A DNA stretch of 64,000 nucleotides, taken from assembly GCA_977016875.1 (NCBI GenBank), contig CDRNST010000027.1, positions 2,976,001 through 3,040,000 on the forward strand, read 5' to 3'. Shown in pieces: positions 41,054 through 54,136 of the stretch. The DNA comes from Pavona decussata (Eukaryota). How positions within the stretch are numbered: the first letter of the stretch is position 1; the number at the start of each line of letters is the position of its first letter. The translations under genes were made by a program, and so were the position numbers. The notes under the pieces are model-generated. The model saw only the letters and a list, made by a program, of their open reading frames with translations, was not told the DNA's origin and searched no databases.

Positions 41054-44000
41054 TTGAAAGACATGAACTATCATTATGGGAAATATGAACTAAAAATTGG
41101 AAAGTCCAATTATTTTCTGGATGAAGCTATGACTTATGAGTAATTAATAAGAAATAATTGTTTGATTCGTACACACCCATTGTCTAATTTTAAAAACTTT
41201 CACTGGCGCCATTAACGGTTTCAATCATTCTCAAGGTTTTTTAGCACAGCTTTCTACCATATGATTATTCCTTTTGAGTCAGTGATTCCAACATTCTTAA
41301 ACGCGAATTTTACTCCCGTCAACTGTTTTAGTTAGCGAGTATTTAGCTAGCGGTTAAAATTATTCATACCCCTCCTTTGAGGTAAAATTTGACAACCCTG
41401 TACAGTATAAAAGTATCTGTATGCAATATAAAAATCTCGGTGTGTTTCATTTGCTTAGAAACCTAGATGGTCTTACCGTCCAACGACACAGAACAGTTTA
41501 AGGATTTTATACTGTTTCGAAGCTTATTTGAGGAGATCCAGCTTAACAGACCAGCTTTATGGTTTGCTTTATCACGCGAAAACGTTCATGTCCATCTTAT
41601 CCATTACTGTCTTCTTACTCTAACACTGTCGTTACAGTGTTTCTAGAAAGAGTTAAAGTTGAATAAACTTTAATCTAACTTCCAGCAGCAATTTTCATGA
41701 CTTTGGCCTTCCTGTGGCCGAAGAGACCAATCTGAAGATTGCGTAGTAGTTTCAGATACTTTGAAGTTTGTCTTAGCCTAGGGAGGATTCCAGTTAAATG
41801 CCCTTAGAATCATGATGGTAAACGTAATGAAGTTACATGTCGGTTTATTTCTGCAAGCCGTCTAAATAACACGTTTACTCCTTCCGCCGGATCCAGTGTG
41901 TCAAAGACATGCATGACATGGCTGACAAATATTTTTTATTTCATGATAGAATGCAAAGTAAAAACACTCACAGGAATAATTTTTGCAAAAAATGTATTTC
42001 GCTCTGAATTCACTCGTCTTTAGATCCGAAACTCCAAGGCGCAGCAAATCAGGTCAATGGATATCATGTCTGCGGTTCCCTTTGGTTTTCAATGTTTTGC
42101 AAGCGAATTTCTAAATTGTTTTGGTCCAGTGTAAGAGTGCTGTTTGGAAATAAAGGCGTAGCATACACTTTAAAAGGACAAACGAAACATTCTTTATATG
42201 CACAAGAAAGGCAAAAAAGTTAAAGACAGGAAGACAACAAGAAGAAAAGCTATTAATGTATCATTAAGGATAATTAAGGTTTGGTCAAATTCTTTAGGTC
42301 TCGTGACGATATCCTAGTGAGCATAATTTTCCTTGAGGGAAAAAATTTCAGCGCAGCTCGTCTTTGTGATGACTCAACATGCTAGTACCAAAGGAAGTCG
42401 AAAAAACGTGGAGGGAGGACGATCTTGGTGGGGCTCATCACTCACCATGAACAATAAAAGATTCTGTTGTAAAACCTCTGTATGGTGGCTTGCTAGTTAT
42501 ATTCCGGCTTTCTGTTTTGTAATTTTCTCCTGCTTCACTTGAAAGAGTATTGTTTTGAAAACCCGACAGAATTATGGAAGAATCCGAACGCGAACTAGCA
42601 ACATACTTGTAGTGAAGCATAAGACTTAAGCTAGCGATAATGCCAGTCTAGACCTGCAAACTGATTTCCATTGTATCTGTATCCAGTTTCAGTTGTTTGC
42701 CTTGCCTTTGAGTTTAATTTTGCGTAGTTTTTGCACTGCTTAGTAAACTGGTTTAATGTCAGCGGACAAGTATGAATTTTGACGAAGGATACATTCTTGG
42801 TTATGTTAGACAGAAAGAGAGCATTATTTTCTACGACTGACCTTCGCCAGGGCGATGTCGTTGATTGGAATGTTTTAACCTCCACTGAACGTACCACCAA
42901 AAGACAAATTCGCGTCAAATTTGCAGAATATTTGTAAAATCCGCCTTGTAACGTTCAGTTACAGAAATAAAGTTTGATGTTCCTTGGGGAGCTATATTAG
43001 CAAAGTACAAAAAAGTATAAATTCCGAAGCCATGCATGAACGTTTTCGAGGATCAGCTAATGTCGCAGCGGTGTTAGATCAAAAGAATTGGGTTGGCAAA
43101 ACGTCGGCAACTGTTAACTTTGTTTCATTGGAAAATATCGAGGTGCTAATTCATCTGACTACACTATGCGTGCAGTTCGCAATACTTACCGATTGGAATC
43201 AATTCGTTGAGTGAGACGGCTAAACCCAGTAGTGTTTAAGGCGATCAGCTTGAAACGGTGCAAAGCTTTTTGTGATAGGTGAATGGATTTTTGCATAACA
43301 TTAATATAATGACAGAGCGGTTAAGGGTTGTTACCGCACCCAAAGTGAATGAGAGGTATTCCAATCGATGCCAGTCGAACACTGAACGTCATCTCAAGAC
43401 AAAAAATCGATAGCGAGACAGATAAATAATCTGCCTTGGTTTGAGTTTGACCCAAATGTCCCTTAGCTAGGTTTATTTTGATCAGCATAAATGCTGTACT
43501 GATACTTAAATGAAGTTCACCAAGAACGCGGTACAGAAAAATGGTTTGCATCTATTCCGGTTCCTCGATGATTAGCTCCGAAAAAAACTTCCCGTTAGTG
43601 AAGTTAAAAAAAGCCGAATCGGAGAGAATGAAGAAAAAATAAATTGTTAGTTAGGTCGAACTAAAGTTAAGCTAGTTGACTATGTAGAGACTTGACGAAT
43701 GTCCTTTGAACTAACTTTACTATTTCACTTTTTAGAATCACATCTGTTGATCTGCAACACGGGTTTAGCTGTTCTTCTGAGAAGAGAAAAATCTTTAACA
43801 ATATGACCGATTTTCTACTCCAATTTTGTAATTTGCGTTTCGTTCCCAAACAGAGAGAGTTAAAGATTTCGTGGCACTTGTTTCTTGAGCTTAGAAAAAC
43901 ACTTTCGTTATGATCGTTATGACACGTAAGTCATAGTTTCCGGATCAAAACAAAAATTAGAGTTGTTGAATTAATCTAGCTAACGGCATGTATAGTCAAC

Positions 44001-47000
44001 GGAATGAATATTTGAACGCAGAGTAGTTCGCAGCCTAGAGTGCTCTATGTCTTTCACTTGCTCAGTTGATAGTTTAGGTAAAACTCGACAGATTCTTTAG
44101 GGTCTCTTTGCAAATTTCCTTTATTTGGGCTGAATCAGATAGATCGTTTGCCTTCAAATTTACAAATGTTTCGACGCATTCAGACATAGTGTTCCATCAT
44201 CTTGTTGGTAAATGATAAACCACATCAGTTCATAACAGCTCTCAGCTAAATTCTTAGTTGCTTCCCATCTCGATGAGAGTCAATCAAATACTGGTCTTCC
44301 TCACAGCAGCAATATCAAATATACTACACAGTTCCTCTCAGTTTCTTATAATAGTACTACAGTTGAAATTTCCAGGCTAAGTCCAAAATATTGTTAACTT
44401 TATGTATGCAATGTATTCAACACTAACTAGTATGTTCCATAAAATGCTTATAGCCCCAGTTGTAAAGTATTGTTAATTACGTTTTCTATAAGATAACCAC
44501 ACTAAGACGTCTCTCACCATGACAAAAACCAATAAAACTAGTGAGGTTTCAATTTTTTTATATCCAGGTTCAGTCTGTAAGTAAGATTTTTGCCTCAACT
44601 AGTCAGTGTCATCTGGCGCCGCTTGCTAGACTAGCCTGAGAATGAAGCTAATTATTAATGTCTGGTAAACATCGTAATTGTTTGGGTTTAGATGAAAGAA
44701 TACAAATTAAAGTAAAATGTATGGTTCAGATTTGCTAAGAGCTGCGTGTTCCCTTTCACAACGTTCTACCAATTTCAATACTCATTGCCTTGGCTCGTGA
44801 AAATGTTTATGTTATTCTATCTTTTGACTGGGCTGGATGTAAAATACTAAAGAGTATGTCGCTATACAACGGTAACTATTGAATATACAGGGCAATTCTT
44901 TCAATTGCTGACAGGACCGTGATGCCTTTTCCAAGTTCCCATTTGGTTTCGTCGAGTTCCGAACTTAACCGAGAACGCTCTTGAAAGTAAAGGCGTTGCA
45001 AACCTCAAACAAATAAAGACAATCTCTTTATCCACAAAGAAGACAGGAACTACAAACAGAAATACAACTAAGAGGAAAAGCTGTTGAAGTATCTTAAGAG
45101 TATAATTGTCGGCATAATCTTGCGGCTTCTTGACCACATCCCCAGTATAATTTTCCTTAAAGGAAAAATTTCCCTTTCAATGTTTCTTCGTGACTCAACA
45201 GGAAGTCTTTGAAGGCAAAGAAGTCAAACTTAGTTGTTACTAGGGAGCTACAGAGATCGTTATGTATACATACAATACTGTGGAACACTTCGGTGTGGTA
45301 AAAATTTTGCTAGCAGTTTAGTTTAGGTTCCCACTTGTTATTTATTAGTTTTCTCAAGTGAATTACCGCTTTTTGCGTACCCATTTATTCTGCAAATACC
45401 CTATTGAAGTCAAAGATGGTGTGAGAATCAAAACCACTCCTTGGTTGTGTTTATAAGCGTCTTGTTTGATCTGATAAGGCTCAGTTACTAATGAATCAGA
45501 CTCATGGCGGCTCAGAGATCAGGATGTCCTCTCAAGAATTCAAAGCTTTACAATCGTCTACTCTTAAGAACTCAAATAACTGGATATAGACATCTGCGAA
45601 ATCTTCTCTTAACACCCCAAGTCATAGTGTGTTAATATTTCAAATTTATATAGAAGTAAGCTTTTCAGAACGCATCTTACAGCCAGTTTTACTTGTGTAA
45701 CTATAGAGGATTTCGAAGTGTAACACCTGACTTTGAGGGCCCCCAAACAGAAACATTTTACTAATATCAGTTATTTGAGTCTTCTGTACTTGATAAGTAG
45801 GTTGGCTTAAAAAATTAAGAAATCGATCTAGTAGTGCTTCAATGAAAACCACAGTTTTGTAAACATGCACACGAAATAGCTAACATACTCTGGCAGTACA
45901 ACATTAGAACTAAGCAAAGCAATCAACTGTTTCACTGTGTTTATCGGTCTAGACACACAAGGCTCTGATGTGTATCCAATTAGCTCGCCTTGTTCGAGAT
46001 CAATTTAGAACAATTTTTCATTTACTCGACTGCTTAGGCTACGATTATATCAAAGCATAACGAAAAGCGGCTAAGTTTTCCAAGACATGTGTTCTTGGCT
46101 GGAGGGGGACTGCAAATATATCTCATTTTCTACCATCAAAGTTGTCAGTCAGATCGATGTCTATACAAGGTGAAATCCTCAAAATGTTCGTAACCTTCAT
46201 TGTATAGCCATCAGAACGATCCAAAATGTCGCAAATAGGTGAAATGAACTATACTTACCGCATGAAATCAGTCGTTTTGGAGACTCCACTTTTAATCCAA
46301 CTTGGCCAATGCAAAATTAAATTTGTTGCCATTTGTGAATAATTAAGTTCACATAAAATTAACCTATTATTGTGACACAGGCCGACTAATATCATCGCCA
46401 GTCAGTCGCAAGATTGTTTCAAGGCTGTTACACTCAGAGTGAATAACAAGGTTTCGGTGTCGTTCAACCAACATAATATAAGACTTTGTGTCTGATACAA
46501 ATAAATTTCGAAAACAAAACAGTTTATCAGTATAGTTCTCTCAGTCCCCCTTGCAAATCATTTACAACGACGGACGAAAGATTGCATCAGTTATAGCTGA
46601 TGTGATGAGGCTTTGCTTCCATTTCTTCTGTAGTAGCTTCGTGTACTTTAATACCCATATCAAAATAAGGTAGAGTATAGTTCTGCGATGGCAGGTTTTA
46701 AAAATGAAACTTTCCATTAATGAACACTTAAAATATCACTTGCAAACCGTGCATTATAGCTCTTTGCTAACAGTATGGCGGGCCTTAGTTAACTGTGCAA
46801 GGACCCATGCAAAACTGTCACCCCATACTGGACGATGTTATCGATCTTTTATTTCTTAGCTTAGTAATTTTAGCTTGATTGAAGTTTCCTTCCTTTCTCC
46901 CTTCCGTTATAATTTTCTGCAAACTATATTACATTTCAACGATTGCAGGTTCTTTTTTACATATCAATCCTTTGAAAAAGATCCGTGTAGTGTCAGTATA

Positions 47001-48848
47001 CTTTGTTGGTTTCATCTTATTTGCAGTTATAGTAACGACCTTGTGACAAGCAAATGGAAGAAAAAATTTGTTTTGATCAGTTTCCGTTTCTTTTCCTATA
47101 TTTTTCCGTTATCAAAATAACTTAACCCGGGAATGGGCCCGGACCAGAGAGAAAATGGACAAGAACAACAACTTACCCTTGCCAACCAACTAATCAAAAT
47201 GAATTCAACAGCTTTGAACTGCGATCCCGTTGGAATGGAGCTTTCTTACGACGATGAGGGAAAGTCGCTTATCCGCCCGTGGAAAAAGTGCTTTTGGTTG
47301 TTGGATAACAAACAACTTACTCAAATAGAAACATTTCTGCGGAACTCCAAGATTTGCCGGAAATACGTACCGGAAGGAACATCATTCCATCAGTCGAGCG
47401 AGGTACAACTATTATGCGTAAACCGGAAATAACAGTAATTATCAATTTTGTTTCCAAAATTGGCGATTTTTAAAAATGATTTTGTGTAGTATTTTGGAGC
47501 CTTTAAGAAAGAGTCGAAGTTCCATTCATAATAAGACCTCTTAAATTCATCCTGCATGAATTATTTCAAAACTTGTCTATTATTTCCCTGCATGTGTGTG
47601 CGTAGCACTGGATTATGGTCAAGTTTCAAAAAGAAAAACCCCTTCGCGCGTATGACAAGATGTGTCTTAACATATCAAGTACGTTATGATGACTGGATTA
47701 AAAATCAACAAATACGTGCATTTTCTGCTTAAAGCTGGAAGTTGGAACCAAATTATGATCCAACGAAAAACAAACAGTGCGACCGCCGACGGTGCCTAGC
47801 CTCTCTTTGTTCAATTGCTAATCAACCTTAAAGGTACTGACTCGGCAAGCAAGCTGAAGTACCGACGAGATGTTTAGCTTACTCTAATTATTGCCACCTT
47901 CTCTACTTTTATAGTCTAGTTAAGTAATTCAGTTTGTACCTCTTAAAACAGCACAAAGCACATTAAGTATTACTCAGTGCTGACTATTACAAACTGAAAA
48001 TGTTGGACCGAAGACCCAAAAGAGGTCATAGATGCGAGTAACAATTCATTGGCATTTTTCCACAACCCTAGCTTGGTGCGGTTGAAAGCAATACTAACAT
48101 CTAACAGTCTAGTTTAGTTCTGAAGTAGATGGTGTTTAAACTTTGAGATTGTACTTACGTTCTACAAATCCCGGAGCAAAAACCACCCTTGTTCCAACGT
48201 GTTAGTCGCAAATTGAAATAGTTTGCCGAAAGCGGAACCAAACTCTTTATGAAGCTTACGCAAGACTACTTTTGAATAAGTACAACGACGGTTAGAGATG
48301 GCGGTAGAATCTCTAGCCACATTAGTCTGGGAGCCGTAAGCTTGTTATTAGCATTTACTTGCAAGAAGTTCAGTAATGTTGGAAGAGTAATTATTGCTTT
48401 CCGGCGCCGCGTGGAAATCATGTGTTTTTGACTTGTTTTCCCCAATTCAAGTTCCGTTTTGGCTGGGCGTTACGAAAAGAAGTAGTTGAAATCACATGAT
48501 TATCATGACCGAGTAGCTTGAGATAATATTACTAAAATACAAGCTGAACTAACATCGAAAGAACAGGGTTTTTTGCTCTCAATCTCGCATCGACTATCAT
48601 AGCTATGTGTAGTGAAAGCAACTCAATGAATTTTCTGGTCCATTTAACACATATCACCTTGGGCAGATAAGACGGTACACTCTTTAGGCGTCATAAACAT
48701 AGCTAAGGATTAAATCCAGGATTTTCTAGAAAACATAAAAAAGGCAGAGGGGGGGGGGGGGGGGGGCGAATTTTTGGACGTGTTTTTATTTGGAGTTGAA
48801 CGATGCCTCATCATAAGACGTCGTGAGACCTGTGATCTGTTCATTCAG

Positions 48849-49040
48849 TATGGGGGGTTAGTTTCTAAAGAACCTGTGGTGCTGCGTCATCGGTGGGGAG
48901 TGGAAACGAATGTTTGGATGTATCCGCAACACTGAGAGTTGATAAGGTAAATTGACCACCGTTAAGAGATTCCAGTGCTAACGTCTTGAGCGTTAGCCCT
49001 TCGTCCGCGTTCTGACGAAGGGTTAACACTCGAAACGTGA
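48849..49040. mobile_element. Decayed Penelope-type hammerhead mini-element (inverted copy abutting a direct core)
   Basis: 48850-49005 is the reverse complement of the 53575-53735 family; direct core CTGACGA-agggttaacactc-GAAACGTG at 49012-49039. Confidence 0.65.
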
Positions 49041-50804
49041 TGAATATTACCGCCTGCGTTAATCTCCGCCGCTTATTGTTAATCTTTGAACTACTTGGCT
49101 ACGTTCGGAGATTTGTCTTAAATTTCCGCATCAAAGTTGTTGTTTACATCCTCAACATAATCGCTACCTCAAAGGTGTTGTTCCATAGCCAGCTTTTCTT
49201 AATTGATTTAATTTTCAGGAACAACCAACGGTTTCAGTTCAAAATAGGAGACTTTTCTCGGGAAGAATGCTCGAGCGCTTCTTCGAATGAGTAAAGTAAT
49301 TTACATAGACGTGCTTGACTGTGAATTTAGTACACTGAAATATTTTTTGATAAAGCAGAGATTGACTGGTTCTTCGTTTCAACAGCTCTCCCAACAACTT
49401 TCTTAACAGCTTTTTACCGTAACAGCAAAATTTTTGAAATTTGAATTTGAATCTTGTCTCGCTCAAAAATAATCAGTACATATCTAATAAATAGATTTAT
49501 CTGAAAAATCAAATATCGTCCGTACGTAGCGGTTTAACGTTTGACACGTCTGTCGACAAGAGCAAGCTTATGTATAACAGTGAATGTTGTCGACTCAGCA
49601 AATAACGGTGTGTTTTAATTTATGAGAAAATTAGATATCATAAATATTCCTCATCGGGTGAGTGTTATTTTTCAAGCCGGTTGCGCTCAGATCTGAATCT
49701 TCCAGATTTTCTTTGATTTCAAAGAATGCCCATAATATACAGCATGGATGACCAACCTTGTCGGATGTAAAGGTGCGAGATGCCACCACATCATTTTCCA
49801 TGCAAAAAAGAATTCTTCGTGTCGATGAGCGAATAAGGTAAATTGATATTTATGGCAAGATACTCACACAAAAGCATATTCGTACAAATTGGGTCTTCGT
49901 GAACGCTTAAATTGGCTTCGCTGGCGCTTTCGGACCTTTTGCGTCTCTATCAATCCGCGAATGAAAACAACACTCTGTCACTTGGAAGAAAACAAACAAT
50001 TACTGGATGAGATAATTCGAAAACACGTCAAATTGTGTCGACTTTTTCAGCTTGTCATAGTTAAAATCTACAGTTTCTTGAGGTCTAAGCTGTAGTATCT
50101 GAGCCGAAATTACAGACGATTTGCCCCATGCTGCTTTGCGAGTTGTGTCCAGCCTCCTCAGTCTTCGCGCATCAGATCGCAGTTGAGTGATTTATAACAG
50201 ATTGGTCTTGAACAGCGGGGAAAGGTGTAGTGTAAACTATTCCTAGTATAGCAAATGGACTTTTGTCCCTTAAATTGCATATTAGTCCCATGACGAAATG
50301 TTTCGTTTAGGCCAGTTATCATGGCATCAACGACTTTATGTTAATCTTAATTGAGACCACACAAAAATTCAACTCGGTCAATGTTCACTCGCCATCGCGT
50401 GACGATGTAAACTGAATATGTTCGCCTTTCCATTAGGTACCTTGGCATTTTAAATTTATTCCCTTCTTTGTTTTTTTGCAAATCGTTGATTTGTTAAACC
50501 CAATCTTCAGTTTTGTTCTTTGCCTTAGATAAGTGAATAAACATCTTACTTTAGATTAGAAATCATTACACAGACCACTGAAACGAGTTAACAAGCAATT
50601 CAAACAAGAACTAATAACAATCGCTCAGTTTTGTAGTTGCCTTTTTTCTAGTGTAACTCTTTGGCTGTCATTGTATCGCCAAAAGAGAGAGAGAGAGAGA
50701 TGACCGGAAATGACAAATAATTTCGATGACATTTAAAATTTTCTATCTGTTTTTTGATGATTTTTTAATCATTGCTTCAATCTTGAGATCATCTCAGTTT
50801 ATGG

Positions 50805-51018
50805 ACTGCAGTCGTCGTCTCTTAGGAAATACCCACACAGGGGCTCAACAGTCGAGAGAGCAAGCTGTTATGAAGGCGAGAAAAAGAACGAATTGGGGCG
50901 GACAAGTCGAGAGGGAGCTGGGGTTTCCCAGTCTCGTCTCACTTTTTTGCTCACTCCAGTCTCGTCAAGAACCTTTTAGTTCTCTCGCTTGGCTCTCAGA
51001 AAGGTGCTGCCAGCAGTA
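50805..51018. repeat. Degenerate palindromic MITE
   Basis: actgcagtc...gcagt ends with internal imperfect complementarity (gcgagaaaaagaacg / ccttttagttctctcgc). Confidence 0.4.
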
Positions 51019-51312
51019 TAACTCAAAGTTAACCCTTTGAATTTCGTGTTGGCTTCGAGTGCAATCAAATGTAACGTCACCCGGTGAGCTGATCGCGATC
51101 GTCCCAGGCCTCACCCCGACACAAAGCTCTGTTCACTCGATTAGGCCTGGGAGAGGCGCTCCCTCCAAGTTTCAAGTTTCAAGTTTATTAAAAAATGTTT
51201 AACATAAAATTCAAAGACAACACTAACCCGCAAGTAGCTAGAGCTAATCTAGGCGGGTAGCGAGAAGACTAATTTACAAGAATTAATTACAGGCCTAATC
51301 GCGCGTGTGATG

Positions 51313-52612
51313 GTCACGTGAAAAGTCTAACTCGATCAGGAATCTCAGCTGTGAGGTCTTCGCTATTACATTGGTTGACAGAAACTCGACCAATAAACAG
51401 GGAATGGATCGGAAAGATTGCGGAATTACGAATGCGTTCGTATTGAAAGATCCATGATCCGATATTGCAGCCGTAGAACTAAAGTGAGATAAGACAGATC
51501 ATGTCCACAAGACTTTTAAACAAGAGCGAAGTTGATTATGTAAAAGTGGTTGAAGTGGACAACTGCATAACTAATAATTAAAATACCCAGCCGTTTGATA
51601 AAAACCAGGAACTGTGTTTGGAAGGACCACCGCCACAAAATAAAAGTACCGGATCCTGTAGTAGAGGATCTAATCAACAACAAATTGTAAAACAAACATT
51701 GCAAAAAAGAACAATTAAAGGCTCTTACCAAGGTTTGATAAGACCGTCTGTGAACCAAGAACCCGTGAACTGTAAAAAAATATATCTGAAATGTTAATTG
51801 TGTTGGGAAAGAAAACCCAATCAGGTATGAGATGAAAAAGCAGCAAGCTATAATTTAACAGTAATTGTTTTGTTTTGTTTTTTTCTTTTGGTTTCTGTTT
51901 GTTTTCTTGTGGTTTGATTTTGTCTCTGACTGTAGGTCATGGAACAAGCTGTACATCTGATAGTCACGTGAAAAGTCCAACTCGATCCGGAATTTCAGCT
52001 GTGAGGTCTTCGCCATTACATTAGTTGACAGAAACTCGACCAATAAAAAGGGACGATTTTAGATTGGGAAGATTGCGGAATTACGAGTGCCTTCGTATTG
52101 AAAGATCCATGATCCGATACTGCAGCCGTAGAACTTAAAGACAGAGGTCTCAAGTACGGCTCTCGATTAAGCCGTTTTCTATTCAAGAAATTAAAGGATT
52201 ACTAAACAAGAGCGAAGTTGATTATGTAACTGTGGAGGAAATGGACAACTGCATAACTAATAATTAAAATACCCAGCCGTTTGATAAAAATCAGGAACTG
52301 TGTTTGGAAGGACCACCGCGACAAAATGAAAGTACCGGATCCTGTAGTAAAGGGTCTAATCAGCAACAAATTGTAAAACAAATATCGCAAAAAGGAACAA
52401 TTAAAGGCTCTTATCAAGATTTGATAAGACCGCCTGTGAACCAAGAACCCGTGAACACTAAAAATATATCAGGAATGTTCATTGTGTTGGGAAAGAAAAA
52501 TAATCATATATGAGATGAAAAAACAGCAAGCTATAATTTAACAGTAATTTTTTTTTCTCCTTAGTTTCTGGTTGTTTTCTTGTGGTTTGATTTGGTCTCT
52601 TACTGTAGGTCA
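51313..52612. repeat. Tandem duplication of ~650 bp containing a diverged Penelope-like 3' end
   Basis: gtcacgtgaaaagtc at 51313 and 51963; internal aaaagtaccggatcctgtagt..ggatctaatc matches the reverse complement of 60783-60860. Confidence 0.85.
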
Positions 52613-52793
52613 CAAAAAACAAACATTACAGGAATAATTAATTCTTAGCATTCACGATTTTGTCTTAGTTCACTGCTCGTTAGTACTCTGGTTTCACTAC
52701 AAAATGAAAACTGAATGATAAAACTGACTGACTTCGCGTTTATTCGTGGTCACTGTGTGGAAAACAACCGCAGGGAGCTCTTAACGCACGTGG

Positions 52794-53395
52794 TTTGAAG
52801 TCAATAAAAAATACTTCGGACTTTGGCTTTTGATATCGCAAACACGTCGCTCATCACGTGCTATTTTTTCCTTCTTGCTTTAGTTTTATTCACCTTTTCT
52901 TATCTTTCTAGGTGAAACTGTGTATCACTTTTCCTTATATTTCGGTATTCCTCTTTAATTGGTTATTATAACTGGTTGCGGGTGGGTTCCGCGGTTTTAC
53001 AGGGACCCATTTAGGGCCCTATAAGCTATAAGAGCCATCTAAAAATCAACCAATAAAAAAAGAATTTGTCATTCTTTAATTAGTCATCACGCCATGATTT
53101 GAAGTCAATAAAAAATACTTTGGACTTTGGCTTTTGGTATCGCAAGTATTTCGCTAGTCACGTGCTAATTTTTCCTTCTTAGTTTTATTCATCCTTTCTA
53201 TCCTTTCTAGGTGAAACTGTATATCACTTTTCTTAATATTTCGGTATTCTTTTTTAATTGATTATCATTACTGGTTCCGGATGGGTTCCGCGGTTTTACA
53301 GACACCCATTTAAGGGTCTTATAAGCAATAAGAGCCAACTAACGATGAACCAATGGAAAAAAAAAATTTGATCGACATTGTTTAATTAGTCATTA
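52794..53395. repeat. Tandem duplication of ~305 bp
   Basis: tttgaagtcaataaaaaatactt[c/t]ggactttggc at ~52794 and ~53098. Confidence 0.85.
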
Positions 53396-53571
53396 CTGCA
53401 GGCTATCGCTTTGTTAATTAATGGATTTGTACACAAGAACTCTAAAAACGTTGGGCTTAAATGAACACTGATGAAGAGCGAGAATAAAATCTGATACTAA
53501 ACAGTAAAAACCATCAAAAGACCTCTATCTCGGCAGCCTGATTCAGTTCGGTGATTACAAGAAAATTTCTT

Positions 53572-53735
53572 GATTCGCTCTGACGAAGGGTTAACGCTCG
53601 AAACTCCAGCACTCGAATCTCTTTACGGTGGCCAATTTACCTTTAGTTATCAACTCTGTTGATAAACCAAACATTTGTTGCTACTCCCCACCGACGCAGT
53701 ACCACAGTTTTGTTTAGAAATTAACACCCTTATCT
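53572..53735 (+). mobile_element. Penelope-type repeat with a decayed hammerhead
   Basis: gct-CTGACGA-agggttaacgctc-GAAA-ctcc-agc; gct/agc and gattcg/cgaatc stems intact, cleavage triplet mutated. Confidence 0.65.
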
Positions 53736-54136
53736 ATTTGTTCCCCAATAAAATGCTACCTCAGACTCGGTGTAACGCGAGAGAATCAAATCCTTTTGTT
53801 TTAGGCAGGAACTTGTCTTCTTTGGCTAAAAGTAAGACCAGCTAACGTTCTTCGAAATTCTGGGGATATTATCCAGCTCAACTTGCGCTACAATATAATA
53901 CAAACTTTATTGACACTCCCTGAAGAGGGCTCTAAATCAGTTTCTAGTATTTGACATGAGTTCAACAGTCCGCAGGTGGCAAGGTGCTAACTTAAGCCGA
54001 ATACTCCGAGTTTCCCTTTAAGTTCTAATAAAACGGTCTGGGAAAAACAGAAAACAATATTTGAGTACGTGTCTCAGATTTTGTCCTTAGGTAAACGACC
54101 TGATAACAGATTAGCGGTGGAGTGATTAGCACTCAC

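Noticed and set aside
47133-47432. 99-aa ORF containing KQLTQIETFLRNSK, faintly like the type A helix
   Set aside because: Lacks the H, E, Y and Q positions, spacing is off, the motif is not terminal and the composition differs; not counted as a family member.
28895-48766. Poly-C/G runs (28895, 30001, 48749; also 11916)
   Set aside because: Simple homopolymers with no supporting context.
51516-52513. Paired 80-aa ORFs (MVHRRSYQ...)
   Set aside because: Chance ORFs in a duplicated Penelope-like 3' end.
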